DNA of 64,000 bases from an uncultured Chloroflexia bacterium (GCA_963810095.1 CAWEMM010000012.1:288001-352000); one strand, 5' to 3'. Shown: positions 39,174 through 50,070, counted from the stretch's first letter. Numbers and translations: made by a program. The notes: a model not told the origin generated them from the letters alone.

Positions 39174-40666
39174 ATGAAGGCTTTCCGCTATACGGCATTG
39201 CTGGCCCTGGTGGTCCTGGCCCTGATCGTGGCCGCGTGTGGACCGTCGGCGGGGCTCGAGCCATCAGGCAACCACTGCCCCGCAGGCGACCACTGCGCCC
39301 GCAGCGACGACTGCGCCAGCAGGCGACGACCGCACCGGCCGCCACGCACCGCGCCCGCGGCGACCGAGGCCATGACCGGCGCGACCACTGCCGTCGGCGC
39401 AGCACCGAGGTCATGACCGGCACGACCACCGCCGGCCGACCGGAACGCGTGATGACGGGCACGACCGGCACCGGCGGGCACGATGAAGACGATCCAGGTC
39501 GAAGACGGCGCCCAGCATCGTGTTCTCGGGATGGGGCGACGAGACCGAGCAGAAGGTCTACCGCGACAGCATCGCCCGCTTCAACGAGGCCTACCCGAAC
39601 GTGACGGTCGACTTCCAGCCGATCCCCGCCGACTTCCAGACCAAGGTTAAGGCGCAGATGGCCGGCGGCACCGCGCCCGACGTGATGTATATCGACGATC
39701 AGCTGATGACCGCGTTTGCGCCGAACAACCAGCTCCTGCGCTCTGGATCCCTACATGCAGGAAGCGCGGCGTCACCGCGAAGGACTTCATTCCGCAGTTG
39801 ATGACCATCTTCGTGCAGGACGGCAAGACCTACGCGCTGCCCAAGGACTGGGGCACGCTGGGGCTGGTTTACCTGCCCGAGGCGCTTCCAGGCAGCCGGC
39901 ATTCCTGAGCCGACGGCCGACTGGACGTGGCAGGACCTGCAGAAGGCGGCCGAGGCCATCCAGAAGACGGGCAAGTACGGCGGCTTCTGCATGGGCGCCG
40001 ACTGGGCCCGCTTTGCACCGTTCGTCTTCGGCAACGGCGGCTCGTTCGCATCCGACGACTTCAAGACCGCCAACGATCAACACGCCTGAGGTCAAGCAGG
40101 CGGCGGAGTTCATCGCGGGCATGAAGAAGAGCGGCGCGCTGGTCAACCGCCGTCCGATCTCAGCGCAAGCTGGTGCGGTGAGGCAATCGGCAAGAAGCTC
40201 GGCGGCGATGACGTATGAAGGCGGCTGGATGGTCAACTTCATGCGCACGAGCTACCCGGACGTGAAGTGGAAGGCCGTGCCGCTGCCCACCGGGCCGAAG
40301 GGCCAGGCCGACATCATCTTCACGAACGGCATCGGCGTCAATGCGGCTACCAAGTTCCCGAAGGCGGCCGCGGCCCTGGCGATGTTCATCACCGGCACCG
40401 AGAACCAGGGCGAAATCGTCAAGACCGGCTTCGCCTACAGCACGCACCCGGATCAGCAGAACCTGATCCAGGACCCGAACGACAAGGCGATCGCGGCGGG
40501 CGGCACGTGGCCAATGACCAAGGTCGCCTACTGGGGTCCCAATACCGGCAAGGTCAACGATGCCGTCTCCAAGATGCTGGAGCGCGTCTTCCTGGGCGAC
40601 CAGACGGTCGACGAGTCGCTGAAGCAGGCCGAGACCGACGTCAACGCGGCCCTCAGCGGCAAGTAA
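39174..40666 (+). CDS. Sugar ABC transporter substrate-binding lipoprotein, multiply frameshifted
   Basis: Lipobox VAAC, Thr/Ala-rich linker, FNEAYPNVTV, MAGGTAPDV, YALPKDW and AMTYEGGW. Confidence 0.85.
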
Positions 40667-40749
40667 CTACGGTAGAGTCGGGCGGGTTCCTAGCGGGCCG
40701 GCCAGAGGCTGCCCAGGGGCGTAGGAACCGCCACGCTGAGGAAAGCATC

Positions 40750-41994
40750 ATGGCAGTCGCCCAACGAACCATGCCGGAACGAGCGTCGAGCGGCAGCCGC
40801 GTGCTGGCGGCTGCCGTGGCCTTCCTGCTGGTCACGCTGGTGATCTTCGCGGCGGCGCTCATCTCGGCGCCGACCCGCGGGATCCGCATCTTTCCGCTCC
40901 AGAACTACATGCCCGAGGCGTTGAAGTCGGGCATCTGGTTCGTGGTTGCGGGGCTGGTTCTGGGCGGACTGCTCGGCGCCGTGGCGGCAGCCATGGTCTA
41001 CCGCATCTGGCCCAACCGCTCGGCCCGCAGCGAGATGATCGCCGGCTACGCATTCCTCGCGCCCTACCTGATCATCACCCTGGTCTTCACGGTCGGCGTG
41101 ATCCTGTTTGCGCTCTACATCGCGTTTCACGAATACAACATCTTCACCGCGCCCAAGTTCGTCGGGATCGACAATTTCGCGCGCGCATTCCGGACGCAAA
41201 GATTTCGGGCAGTCGCTGGTTAACGTGGCCTGGTATGCGCTCGTCGTGACGGTCATGCAGACCATCCTGGCGCTGCTGCTGGCAGTCTTGCTGAACGCCA
41301 AGATTCGCGGCAAGGAAGCATTCCGCACGATATTCTACACGCCGAGCGTCACGTCGTCGGTCGTGATCTCGATGATCTTCTGGTGGTTCTTCCTGAAGGC
41401 AGGGTTCCTGAACTATTTCCTGATCAGTTTCCTGGGCATCTTCGGCATCGCGTTCCAGACGCGTCGACTGGCTGAACGACCCGCGCGGCCTGTTTCAGAT
41501 GATTGCGCAACGGCGTTCGGCGGCAATATCCCGTCGAGCCAGTGGTTCCTGCGCGGGCCCAGCGTCACGCTGATGGCCATCATGTTCCAGAACATCTTCA
41601 CGACGATCCCGACCTTCATGCTCATGTTCCTGGCCGCGCTGCAGGACGTGCCGGGAAGCGTGTACGAGGCGGCCGACATCGACGGTGCGACCGCGGCCGC
41701 AGAAGTTCTTCCGGCATTACCGTCCCGCTCCTGCGCCCGGTGATCCTCCTGGTCGTCGTGCTCGGCACCATCGGCACGCTGCAGATCTTCGACCAGGTCA
41801 AGATCCTGACCGCGGGCGGCCCGTTGGGCACAACCCTGACGCCGGTCTTCCTGATCTACCGGGAGGCGATCGGCACGCAGGGCGGCATCCAGATGGGCTA
41901 CGCGTCGGCCATGGCGTTCATCCTGGCCGTCATCATCTTCGCGTTCACCTTCATTCAGCGGCGCTTCATCGAGCGCGGCACCGAAAGCTACTGA
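40750..41994 (+). CDS. Sugar ABC transporter permease (MalF-like), frameshifted
   Basis: [22 protein letters not shown] loop [15 protein letters not shown] and MGYASAMA. Confidence 0.88.
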
Positions 41995-42007
41995 TAGGAG
42001 GCGCGGC

Positions 42008-42900
42008 ATGGCTGTTGTTGCACCATCGAGGAGCCAGCAGACGACTGGCGGGGACAGAACGAGCCGTCGCATCCGCAGCGCGCTCAAGTACATCTTGCTC
42101 GTGCTTCTGGCGCTGGTTGCGCTGACGCCGTTCATCCTCGCGTTCCTGGGGACCTTCAAGACCGATGCCGAGATCATCGCCTATCCGCCCGAAAATCCTG
42201 CCCCAGAACTGGCTCGTCGAGAACTGGGCCAAGACGTGGAACACCGACTTCGGCCAGGGCGCGACGTTCCCGCGCTGGCTGCTCAACACGGCGATCGTGG
42301 CTGTCGGCGTGCGGCCGTGCTGGCAGCCGATCTTCTGCTCGATGGCCGGCTATGCATTCGCCCGGCTCCATTTCCCCGGCCGCGACGCGGTTTTCGCCTT
42401 CATGCTGGCGAGCATGATGATACCCGGTGCGATCACCTTGATTCCCGCCTATGTCGTCATGACGAAGATCGGTTTCATCAACACCTACTGGTCACTGCTG
42501 GTGCCGGGCGCGATTTCTGCGGCCAGCATCTTCCTGCTGACCCAGTTCTTCAAGGCGATCCCGCGCGAGTTGGAGGAGGCGGCCTACATCGACGGCGCCT
42601 CCCGGTTCCTAATCTACAAGGATGTGGTGCTGCCGTTGGCGCGGCCCGGCGCTGCTGACCGTGCTGATCTTGCAGTTCCAGGGCATGTGGAACGCGTTCC
42701 TGCCGCCGCTGCTCTACCTGAACACGCCCAATATGTGGGTGCTCAACGTTGCCATCTCGTCGTTCCAGCAGCAGTACAAGGCGGCGTGGAACCTGACGCT
42801 GGTCGCGGCCATGTTCAACGCGATCCCGGTGCTGATCCTGTTCGCGTTGTTCAGCCGCTACTACATCGAGGGCATCAGCTACTCGGGGCTAAAGGGGTAA
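42008..42900 (+). CDS. Sugar ABC transporter permease (MalG-like), frameshifted
   Basis: MAGYAFARLHFPGR, IPRELEEAAYIDGAS and WNAFLPPL. Confidence 0.9.
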
Positions 42901-42953
42901 GAGAAATCAGGTTTCGCCTCGGCCGAGCCGATGGTGCAGACACCTGGTATCTT
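42901..42953. repeat. Short palindromic repeat, family C (AGAAAyCAGGTTTC-like)
   Basis: GAGAAATCAGGTTTC ... GACACCTGGTATCTT, related to AAAACCAGGT...ACCTGGTTTCTT at about 56068-56103. Confidence 0.5.
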
Positions 42954-42972
42954 AATCGACTGAAAGGTTAGC

Positions 42973-43620
42973 GTGTTCACACCTTTGCGCCTGCTCCCGC
43001 GCGCCATCGGGCTCTGGTGGCGCGAGTTTCTGATCCTGGTCCTGCTGAATTTCATCTGGCTTCTCTGCCAGGTCACGATCGTGCTGGGCGGACCGGCGAC
43101 CGCCGCGCTCGTCTATGTTGCGCGGCGGGTGGCCGATCATGAGTTGGTCGGGCTGGACGATTTCTGGCAAGGGCTGCGCGAGAATTTCACGGCTGGGCTC
43201 AAGTGGCAGTTGGCCCAGCTTCTTGTGTACGGCATCCTGGCGTTCAACCTGGTGTTCTATGCGGGCCAGACGGGGCTAGCCATCCTGACCCTGCGCTACG
43301 CGTGGACGATCATGGCGCTGATCTGGTTCGCCATCAACCTGTACTACTGGCCGCTCCACTTCGAGCAAATCGACGGCCGCTTTCGCACGACCTTGTCGAA
43401 CGCGACCAAGATGGCGTTCCTGAACCCGAACGAAACCATCGTCTATACGTTGGCGGCGCTGGTGCTCATCGTATTCTGCGTGGGCACGGCCGCGCTGCTG
43501 GGGTTCGTGCTCGGCGCATGGTTGAGCCTGTGGGGCGTGCTGGTCGTGCGCGCCAACCTGGGGCTGGTTCCGAAACAGGAAGAACCGAAGAACCCGAGTT
43601 CCACGAAGAGCAGAAGCTGA
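42973..43620 (+). CDS. YesL/DUF624-like membrane protein
   Basis: [20 protein letters not shown] and FWQGLRENF, several TM helices, located in a sugar ABC operon. Confidence 0.75.
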   Translation: MFTPLRLLPRAIGLWWREFLILVLLNFIWLLCQVTIVLGGPATAALVYVARRVADHELVGLDDFWQGLRENFTAGLKWQLAQLLVYGILAFNLVFYAGQTGLAILTLRYAWTIMALIWFAINLYYWPLHFEQIDGRFRTTLSNATKMAFLNPNETIVYTLAALVLIVFCVGTAALLGFVLGAWLSLWGVLVVRANLGLVPKQEEPKNPSSTKSRS

Positions 43621-43640
43621 ATCGGGAAGGGAGGGACTCA

Positions 43641-44561
43641 TTGAAGCTGACCCGTTACGGCGCAGAGCCGCTCATGCTGCCCGACCCGGCATCGCCGTGG
43701 TCCTGTTACAACGTCTTCAACCCGTCGGTCATCTATCATGACGGCCTTTTCCACATGCATTACCGCGGCCAAGGGCTGGACTGGATCTCGCGCATTGGCT
43801 ACGCGGTGAGCAGCGACGGCATTCGCTGGAACCGCCTCGCCGAACCCGTCCTGGCGCCTCACGACGGGACAGATTCGCGCGGCCTCGAAGACCCCCGGGT
43901 GACGGAGATCGAAGGGGCATTCTACATGGCCTACACGGCCTACGGGCGCGAGTTCCGCGGCCAGGGCGACCCCACCCACGCCGGGGGCGGCATCTTGCCG
44001 ATGATCGCCCGCAGCACCAACCTGATCACCTGGGAACGGCTCGGCCCGCTCGTCGTGGGGGAAGACAACAAGGACCATGTCCTCTTCCCTCGCAAGATCA
44101 AGAGTCGTTATGTCGCCTTCCATCGCCGCCGGCCCCACCTGTGGCTGGCGTACTCGGAGGACCTGCGCGCGTGGCCCGAAGCATGGATGGCCCCCATCTA
44201 CGGGCCGCGGGAAGAGAATTGGTGGGACTGCAAGAGCATCGGCGCGAATGGCGTGCCCATCGAGACGCGCGAGGGCTGGCTGTGCATCAACCACGGTTAC
44301 GACTTCGAGCACGTATACCGCTTCGGCGTGGTGCTGCTCGACCTGGACGATCCGACACGGGTCATTCGCCGCCCGAAAGAGCCCATCTTTTGGCCAGAGG
44401 AGCTGTGGGAGATCCGGGGCGACGTGCCGAACGTGGTCTTTTCGAACGCCAACCCCGTGGTCGACGGCACCGTGTACGTCTACTACGGCGGCGGCGACCA
44501 CGTCATTGGCCTCGCCACCTGCCCGCTCGACGAATTGATGGAGTATGCGCTGAGGGGGTAG
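43641..44561 (+). CDS. GH130-family glycosidase/phosphorylase
   Basis: [41 protein letters not shown] and YYGGGD. TTG start. Confidence 0.9.
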   Translation: MKLTRYGAEPLMLPDPASPWSCYNVFNPSVIYHDGLFHMHYRGQGLDWISRIGYAVSSDGIRWNRLAEPVLAPHDGTDSRGLEDPRVTEIEGAFYMAYTAYGREFRGQGDPTHAGGGILPMIARSTNLITWERLGPLVVGEDNKDHVLFPRKIKSRYVAFHRRRPHLWLAYSEDLRAWPEAWMAPIYGPREENWWDCKSIGANGVPIETREGWLCINHGYDFEHVYRFGVVLLDLDDPTRVIRRPKEPIFWPEELWEIRGDVPNVVFSNANPVVDGTVYVYYGGGDHVIGLATCPLDELMEYALRG

Positions 44562-44567
44562 AGGATT

Positions 44568-44646
44568 TTCACCGCCAGGGCACAAAGCCTCCACAAAGAT
44601 CACGAAGCGACTTACAGGAGTCCTTGTGCTCTTTGTGGCTAGTGAA
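44568..44646. repeat. Intergenic palindromic repeat, family A (degenerate)
   Basis: TTCACC...GCACAAAG...CCACAAAGATCACGAAG ... CCTTGTGCTCTTTGTGGCTAGTGAA. Confidence 0.65.
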
Positions 44647-44649
44647 GAC

Positions 44650-45567
44650 CTACCCTACCAGCTTATCCAGCTTTTTGCGCGGCTCCTTGAGCGAGCGCGC
44701 GTTCCGCATCATGCCTTGCCAGGGATCGCCCACCTTATCCAGCCGGTCCCAGATGTTGCGCAGGTTGTACGTGTTCGACCGCAAGTCCGGGTCCTGTAGC
44801 TCATCCCAGGCCAACGGCGTCGCAACGGGCGCGCCAGGTCGCGGCCGCAGCGAATAGGGCGCGACGGCGGTTGCCCCGTACCCGTTGCGCACGTAGTCGA
44901 GGAACAGCCGGCCCTCGCGCTCGGCCTTGCGCATCTCGGTCGTGAGCGTGTCTGGATGCCGGTCGGCCAACAGTTGGGCGAGGTCCTTCGCAAAGTCGCG
45001 CGTCTCATCGAAGTGCGCCGAGCGGTCGAGCGGTGTAACGACGTGCAGCCCCCGCGAGCCGGTGGTCATCACGAACGGCTCGAGCCCTACCTCCTCAAGG
45101 AGTTCCCTGACCAGGAACGCGGTCGAACGCGCGACCTCGAACTCCGTCGGCGGGTCGAGGTCGAAGATCATCCGGTCCGGATAATAGAGGTTGTCGCCCC
45201 GGCTCAGCCAGATGTGCAGGGTGATCGTGTACTGGTTCGCCAGGTAGACCAGGGTCGCGGCATCGTTGGCCAGCACCTGGTCCTGGATCTCCCCGCTCTC
45301 CAGCACCTCCACCTTGGCGCTCGCGATCCAATCGGGAAAGTACTCGGGCATCTCCTTGTGGTAGAAGCCCTTGGCGCCCACGCCGTCGGTGAAACGCTGC
45401 ATCGTGACGGGATGGTCCTTCACATGCGGCAGCATGACGCGGGCAATGCGCCGGTAGTATTCGATCACTTCGCCCTTCGTGATGCCGTCCTCGGGAAACA
45501 GCACCTTGCCCAGGCTGGACAACTCCAACTCGTGTCCGTCCACCTTCTCCACCCGTTCGACGGCCAT
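44650..45567 (-). CDS. Stand-alone LigD polymerase (primase-polymerase) domain protein
   Basis: KVLFP..GITK, RFTDG, FYHK, IFDLDP, TTGSRGLHV, FLDYVRN, APYSLR..PGAPVATPL.WDEL. Confidence 0.93.
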   Translation of the reverse strand: MAVERVEKVDGHELELSSLGKVLFPEDGITKGEVIEYYRRIARVMLPHVKDHPVTMQRFTDGVGAKGFYHKEMPEYFPDWIASAKVEVLESGEIQDQVLANDAATLVYLANQYTITLHIWLSRGDNLYYPDRMIFDLDPPTEFEVARSTAFLVRELLEEVGLEPFVMTTGSRGLHVVTPLDRSAHFDETRDFAKDLAQLLADRHPDTLTTEMRKAEREGRLFLDYVRNGYGATAVAPYSLRPRPGAPVATPLAWDELQDPDLRSNTYNLRNIWDRLDKVGDPWQGMMRNARSLKEPRKKLDKLVG

Positions 45568-45600
45568 CAGCCCTCCTTATAAAGTTCCGCACGTAACGCT

Positions 45601-45684
45601 TCACCACAGAGACACCAAGACCCGAAGAGCCACGAAGCGCTACACGGACTTGGTGAGCCTTGTGTCTTGGTGTCTTCGTGGTGA
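45601..45684. repeat. Intergenic palindromic repeat, family A
   Basis: TCACCACAGAGACACCAAGAC ... GTCTTGGTGTCTTCGTGGTGA. Confidence 0.85.
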
Positions 45685-45698
45685 GCGGAGTACACGGC

Positions 45699-46349
45699 TC
45701 AGGCGTCGGGCCGGCGGCCGCCGTACAGGTTTCCTTCGTCGCCCCGATCGCCCAGTGCCCGGGTGCTCTGCGGGTCGAAGCCGGTTAGGTCTTCGATCCG
45801 CTGCCCGCTCAGCACAGACTCGGGCCGGCGGCTGGGCAGATTCGCGTCCGGGTCCGCGTGCTCGTCGTGCATCTTCTCGAGCACCCACGCACTGTCGCCG
45901 CCCGAGCGCATCAGGCTCCAGCCCCCGCGCAGCTTCTGGCCGTCGAGCCACACCTGCAGCCTTCCCTTGTCGGTTGCCTGCAGCATCGCCTGCGGATCAT
46001 GGGGGTCGTCGGCCTCGAGCAGCCGAAACGGGCCCGCATCCCACACGAGCATGGCGCCCCCGCCGTACTCACCGGCCGGATTGGCGCCCTCGAAGGTGGC
46101 CCGCTCGAGCGGATAGTCCGCGACCGGTATCGCCGCGCGCTTCGCTTCTGGGTTGGGCCAGGGAGCGTCGGGTAGGCGCCAGGAAAGAAAACTCTGGGCC
46201 ACCTCGAACCGCAGGTTGAAATGCATGTCGCCGGCCTGGTGCTGGTGCAGCACGAACATGGGCGGCTCGTTCGGATCGGCCTCGCCGCGGGCGTGGCGCT
46301 CCAGATAATCACGCAGGCCAGCGCCTGACATTGGTTCGGTCATCATCAT
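45699..46349 (-). CDS. LigD 3'-phosphoesterase (PE) domain protein, divergent active site
   Basis: FVLHQH...HFNLRFE, SW, FEG...GEYGGG.MLVWDAG, L.GQKLRG.W.L and PESVLSG. Confidence 0.85.
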   Translation of the reverse strand: MMMTEPMSGAGLRDYLERHARGEADPNEPPMFVLHQHQAGDMHFNLRFEVAQSFLSWRLPDAPWPNPEAKRAAIPVADYPLERATFEGANPAGEYGGGAMLVWDAGPFRLLEADDPHDPQAMLQATDKGRLQVWLDGQKLRGGWSLMRSGGDSAWVLEKMHDEHADPDANLPSRRPESVLSGQRIEDLTGFDPQSTRALGDRGDEGNLYGGRRPDA

Positions 46350-46700
46350 CCTCGCAATACGTTGTCGCCAGATTGCGTCTTGCTCGCCGCGGTCCCGGCA
46401 GCGGACGGCCGGCCGAAACCTGTAGCGTAGCCAAGCTGCGATGGATTAAGACGACAAGAAGGGGGGAAGTGTTCGGGGTCGTGCGAAAGATCGCTTCTCA
46501 CACCAAGGCGGATAAGTACACGCAGGGTTCCTGATGCCCCTGCGTCATCCCCCGTACCGTGGCTTATCCGGGCGAACGGGTACCAGAGCGTTGCCTTTGG
46601 GGTTCCAAGGGGCGCGGCCCGTGGTCGGGGGCGGCGGGGGCAAGAGGGCCCCCGCCAACCAGCCATTGGGCTTCAACTGGTAATTTCCCGGTGGTTGTAC

Positions 46701-47882
46701 CTAAAAGTCGAGGACGCCTGCGCCGGGCGCAGCACACACATCATAGACGTTCGTGCGGATGCCTGTTGCGGCTTCGTACCGCTCGCGCACCGCCTCGCCG
46801 AACGCCGCAACTTGCCCCTGCTCGACCAGCGCCACCATGCAGCCTCCAAACCCCCCGCCTGCCTGCCGGGCGGCAATGACACCGGGGGCGTGGCGCATGG
46901 CGCCCATCATTGCGTCCATCGCCGGCGCGCCGATCTCGTACAGGTCCCGCGCGCCCACGTACGAGTCTGCGAAGAGGCGCGCCAGGCGCACGCGGTCGCC
47001 CGCAGCCAGCGCAGGGGCCAGCGCCAGCACGCGCTCGTCCTCTTCGACGATGAACCGGCAGCGCCGCTCGACCACCGGCGACATCTCGTCGCGATGCCGG
47101 TCGAGCATCTCGCACGTCGCGTCGCGCAACGCCGTGACATGGGGGTAGTGCCGAGCGAGCACTGCTGCGCCCGCCTCGCATTGGCTGCGGCGTTCGCCGT
47201 ACTCCGTGCCGGCGAGGTTGCGGGGTGCGCACGTGTCGCAAATGACGAGAGCGATGCCGGCCGCGATCGGCGTGACGGTGTGAAAGAGGTCCCGGCAGTC
47301 GAGCAGTACCGCGCTGCCGGCCTGGCCGAGCGCCGAACTGTACTGGTCGAGAATCCCGCAGTTGACGCCCACGAAGCGGTTCTCCGCCCGCTGACCCAAG
47401 ATCGCGAGCTGCACCGGGTCCAACTCCAGATCCGAGGTGGCCTGCATTGCCACGCCGGCTGCCATTTCGAGCGCGGCCGACGAACTGAGTCCACTGCCGA
47501 ACGGGATCGTACTGTGGACCAGCGCGTCGAACCCCCGCAGATGGTAGCCCGCCTCCTGCAGCGCCCACGCCATTCCGCGCACGTAGTTGCTCCACGGCGC
47601 TCCCGGGTCGTGCTGGATCGCGTCAAGGCTGAACTCGGCGCGGCCCGGCAGGTTCAGCGACTGAACGGCAATGATCCGGTCACGTCGCGGCCGCACGGCC
47701 AACCAGGTGTCCCGATCCACGGTCGAGGTCATCACATAACCCAGGTTGTAGTCCGTGTGGCTGCCCATCAGGTCGACACGGCCGGGCGCGCGCACCCACA
47801 GCATGGGCTCGGCGCCGTAACGCCGCTCAAACTCGCAGGAAATGAACTCTCTCCGGGCCCCGTCCGTTAGTCGTCCGTCCAA
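46701..47882 (-). CDS. Galactokinase-family (GHMP) sugar kinase with a variant substrate motif
   Basis: APGRVDLMGSHTDYN (canonical GalK is GRVNLIGEHTDYN), PFGSGLSSSAA, CGILDQ and GGGFGGC. TTG start after GGAGG. Confidence 0.9.
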   Translation of the reverse strand: MDGRLTDGARREFISCEFERRYGAEPMLWVRAPGRVDLMGSHTDYNLGYVMTSTVDRDTWLAVRPRRDRIIAVQSLNLPGRAEFSLDAIQHDPGAPWSNYVRGMAWALQEAGYHLRGFDALVHSTIPFGSGLSSSAALEMAAGVAMQATSDLELDPVQLAILGQRAENRFVGVNCGILDQYSSALGQAGSAVLLDCRDLFHTVTPIAAGIALVICDTCAPRNLAGTEYGERRSQCEAGAAVLARHYPHVTALRDATCEMLDRHRDEMSPVVERRCRFIVEEDERVLALAPALAAGDRVRLARLFADSYVGARDLYEIGAPAMDAMMGAMRHAPGVIAARQAGGGFGGCMVALVEQGQVAAFGEAVRERYEAATGIRTNVYDVCAAPGAGVLDF

Positions 47883-47917
47883 CTGGATATCCTCCGCCTG
47901 AAACTACGCTCGACCGT

Positions 47918-47981
47918 AACCACCAAAAGACGAAGACCCGAGGAGGATCCGCACGGGATAAGTGATCCCTTGTGTCTTCAC
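47918..47981. repeat. Intergenic repeat, family A (degenerate)
   Basis: AACCACCAAAAGACGAAGAC ... CCTTGTGTCTTC. Confidence 0.45.
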
Positions 47982-48002
47982 GCCTGCAAGCCCACGAACC
48001 CG

Positions 48003-49036
48003 TCAAGATCCCGTCGCCCGGAAGGCATCCAGCAAAGCATCGACGTTGGCCAACGGGATATCGGCCATCATCCGGTGCGAAGGCGCGAGCACGAAGCCGG
48101 TTCCGGCCGGCGCCAGGTCGGCAATCGCGGCGGCCACAGCCCGGCGCACGTCTGCCGGCGAGCCATGGGGCAGGACCGTCTGGGTGGAGATCCCACCGTA
48201 ATACGCCAACTGGTTGTCGAAGTCGCGGCGCAACGCGGCATGGCTTAGCACTTCGGGCTGCACGGGGTTCAGGACGGTCAGCCCGATTTCGACCAGGTCG
48301 GGCAAGATGGGCTGGATTTGGCCGTCCGAGTGCATGATGACGGGCAGCCCACGCTCGCGGAACGGCGCAAAGAGTCGTGCGAGCCGGGGCTTGATGAAGC
48401 GCCGCCAGGCCGCCGGCGAGAACAAGAGCCCTTCTGCGCGCCGTAGTCGTCGCCGAAGTAGCCGCCGTCGACGCCGGCCCGCAGAAAACGCTCGATCAGC
48501 ACGAGTTGGATTTCGGTGATCCGATCGAGCAAGGCCGCGGCATATGCCGGATCTTGCGCCATGTCGATGAGGAACTGCTCAAAGCCGCGGAGCGACCAGG
48601 CGCGCTCGAAGAGCGCGAAGCCGAGGTTCGGGACGACGAAGTACTCACTCCCTTGCGCGGCCAGGGTCTGCTGCGCAGCCGCCAGCAGCCCGGGGGCGTT
48701 CGGATCAGGCCATGCGTAGGCGTCGAGGTCCCTGTCGTCGGCGAGCGGGCTGTGCCGGATGAAATAGCCCTCTTCGACGGTGTCGTGCCCGGCGCCCCAC
48801 CAGTCGTACCGGACGAGGCGGTCAGCGCTGTAACGAGGGGCGTGATTGACGTCGACCCGGACGAGATGGTTGTCGAGGAACGCAGGGAGCGCGGGTACTG
48901 ACACACGGTAATGCGCAGCCAGCACCTGGGCCATGGCCGCTGTGGCATTGATTTGCGTTGGAAGGCGATCCACGGGCGCATGTTCGAATGCAGCCTTCAT
49001 CCGCGCCTTGTGGGTCATGGCGGTCACCCCTGGCAT
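48003..49036 (-). CDS. Uroporphyrinogen decarboxylase (URO-D)/MtaA-CmuA-like TIM-barrel protein, frameshift near 48435
   Basis: LFERAWSLRGFEQFLIDM, GDDYGAQKG, FSP..WRRFIKP, MHSDG, LNPVQPE, GGISTQ..LP.GSP and FVLAPSH. Confidence 0.85.
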
Positions 49037-49063
49037 GGTGGGCTCCTTGTTCTCGAGGAAAGC

Positions 49064-50067
49064 TCAGCGACGGCCGGTGGACTTGCGCGTCACCAGGCTG
49101 GTCGAGACGACGCGTCGTTCGGGTTCGCGGCCCGCAAGCAGGCTGAGCAGCATATCCATTGCAAGCACGCCGATTTCGTAACGCGGCAGCGCGACGGTGG
49201 TGAGGGGTGGATCGAACTGCGATGCGAGCCAGATGTCGTCGAGCCCGACAATCGAGAGATCTCCGGGACGCGCAGCCCGTCTGAGCGGGCACCCGAGAGG
49301 ACGCCCAGCGCCATCAAGTCGTTTGCGCAGAACACCGCCGTCGGCGCACGGCGCTGCTCAGCGAGGAGTTCCCAGGCCTTGCGGCCGCCCTCGATGGTGA
49401 GGTCAGCAGTCGCAATCAGGACGTCTTCAGGGCAAATGCCCCCGCTCGCGAGCCCTTTGAGGAATGCGTCGCGGCGGTCACGGCTCGTCTTCAGGTTCAG
49501 CGGCCCGGCGACGTGCGCAAACCTCCGGTGCCCGAAGCTTAGCAGGAGTCCCGCGGCCTCTTCGATCCCCGGCGCAAAGTCGACTTCGATCGTGCTGACG
49601 CCGGGCATGCGGCGGCCGGCCCAGTCAAGTACGATGGCAGCCGTGTTGCTGGCGACAAGCTCGTCGAGCCAATCGTCGGCCACGCCGCTCGACATCACCA
49701 GCACCCCGTCGGCCCGGCGGTCGACCAGCGAGCGAATCAGCCCCAACCCGCGAGCCGGGTCATAATTGGTGTTCGCCAGGAGGACATTGTAGCCCGCGGC
49801 AATCGCCCGGTCTTCCACGCCGTGGATGACGTCCCCATAGAACGGGTTGGCGACATCCGAGACCAGCATGCCGACCGTGAACGTGTGATGCGAGCTGAGA
49901 CTCCGCGCGACGGCGCTCGGGCGAAAGCCGAGGTCTCGGATCGCGTCCTCTACCCGCTGGCGTGTTCCGGGCCGAATGTGGGTAAACCGTCCACTCAGCA
50001 CCCGGCTGACGGTTGCCTTGGACACGCCCGCCGCGGCTGCGACGTCGTCAATAGTTGGTACAGGCAT
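49064..50067 (-). CDS. LacI-family regulator, frameshift near 49255
   Basis: TIDDVAAAAGVSKATVSRVL, ANPFY, PTAVFCANDLMALG, with the C-terminus SIVGLDD...PPLTTV in the shifted frame. Confidence 0.92.
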
Positions 50068-50070
50068 TTG

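Noticed and set aside
39280-39490. Short repeats ACCGAGG.CATGACCGGC.CGACCAC
   Set aside because: These encode the Thr/Ala-rich low-complexity linker of the SBP lipoprotein and are not an independent element.
48003-49036. True hemE (heme biosynthesis)
   Set aside because: It lacks the N-terminal RQAGR motif and lies in a sugar-regulated context.
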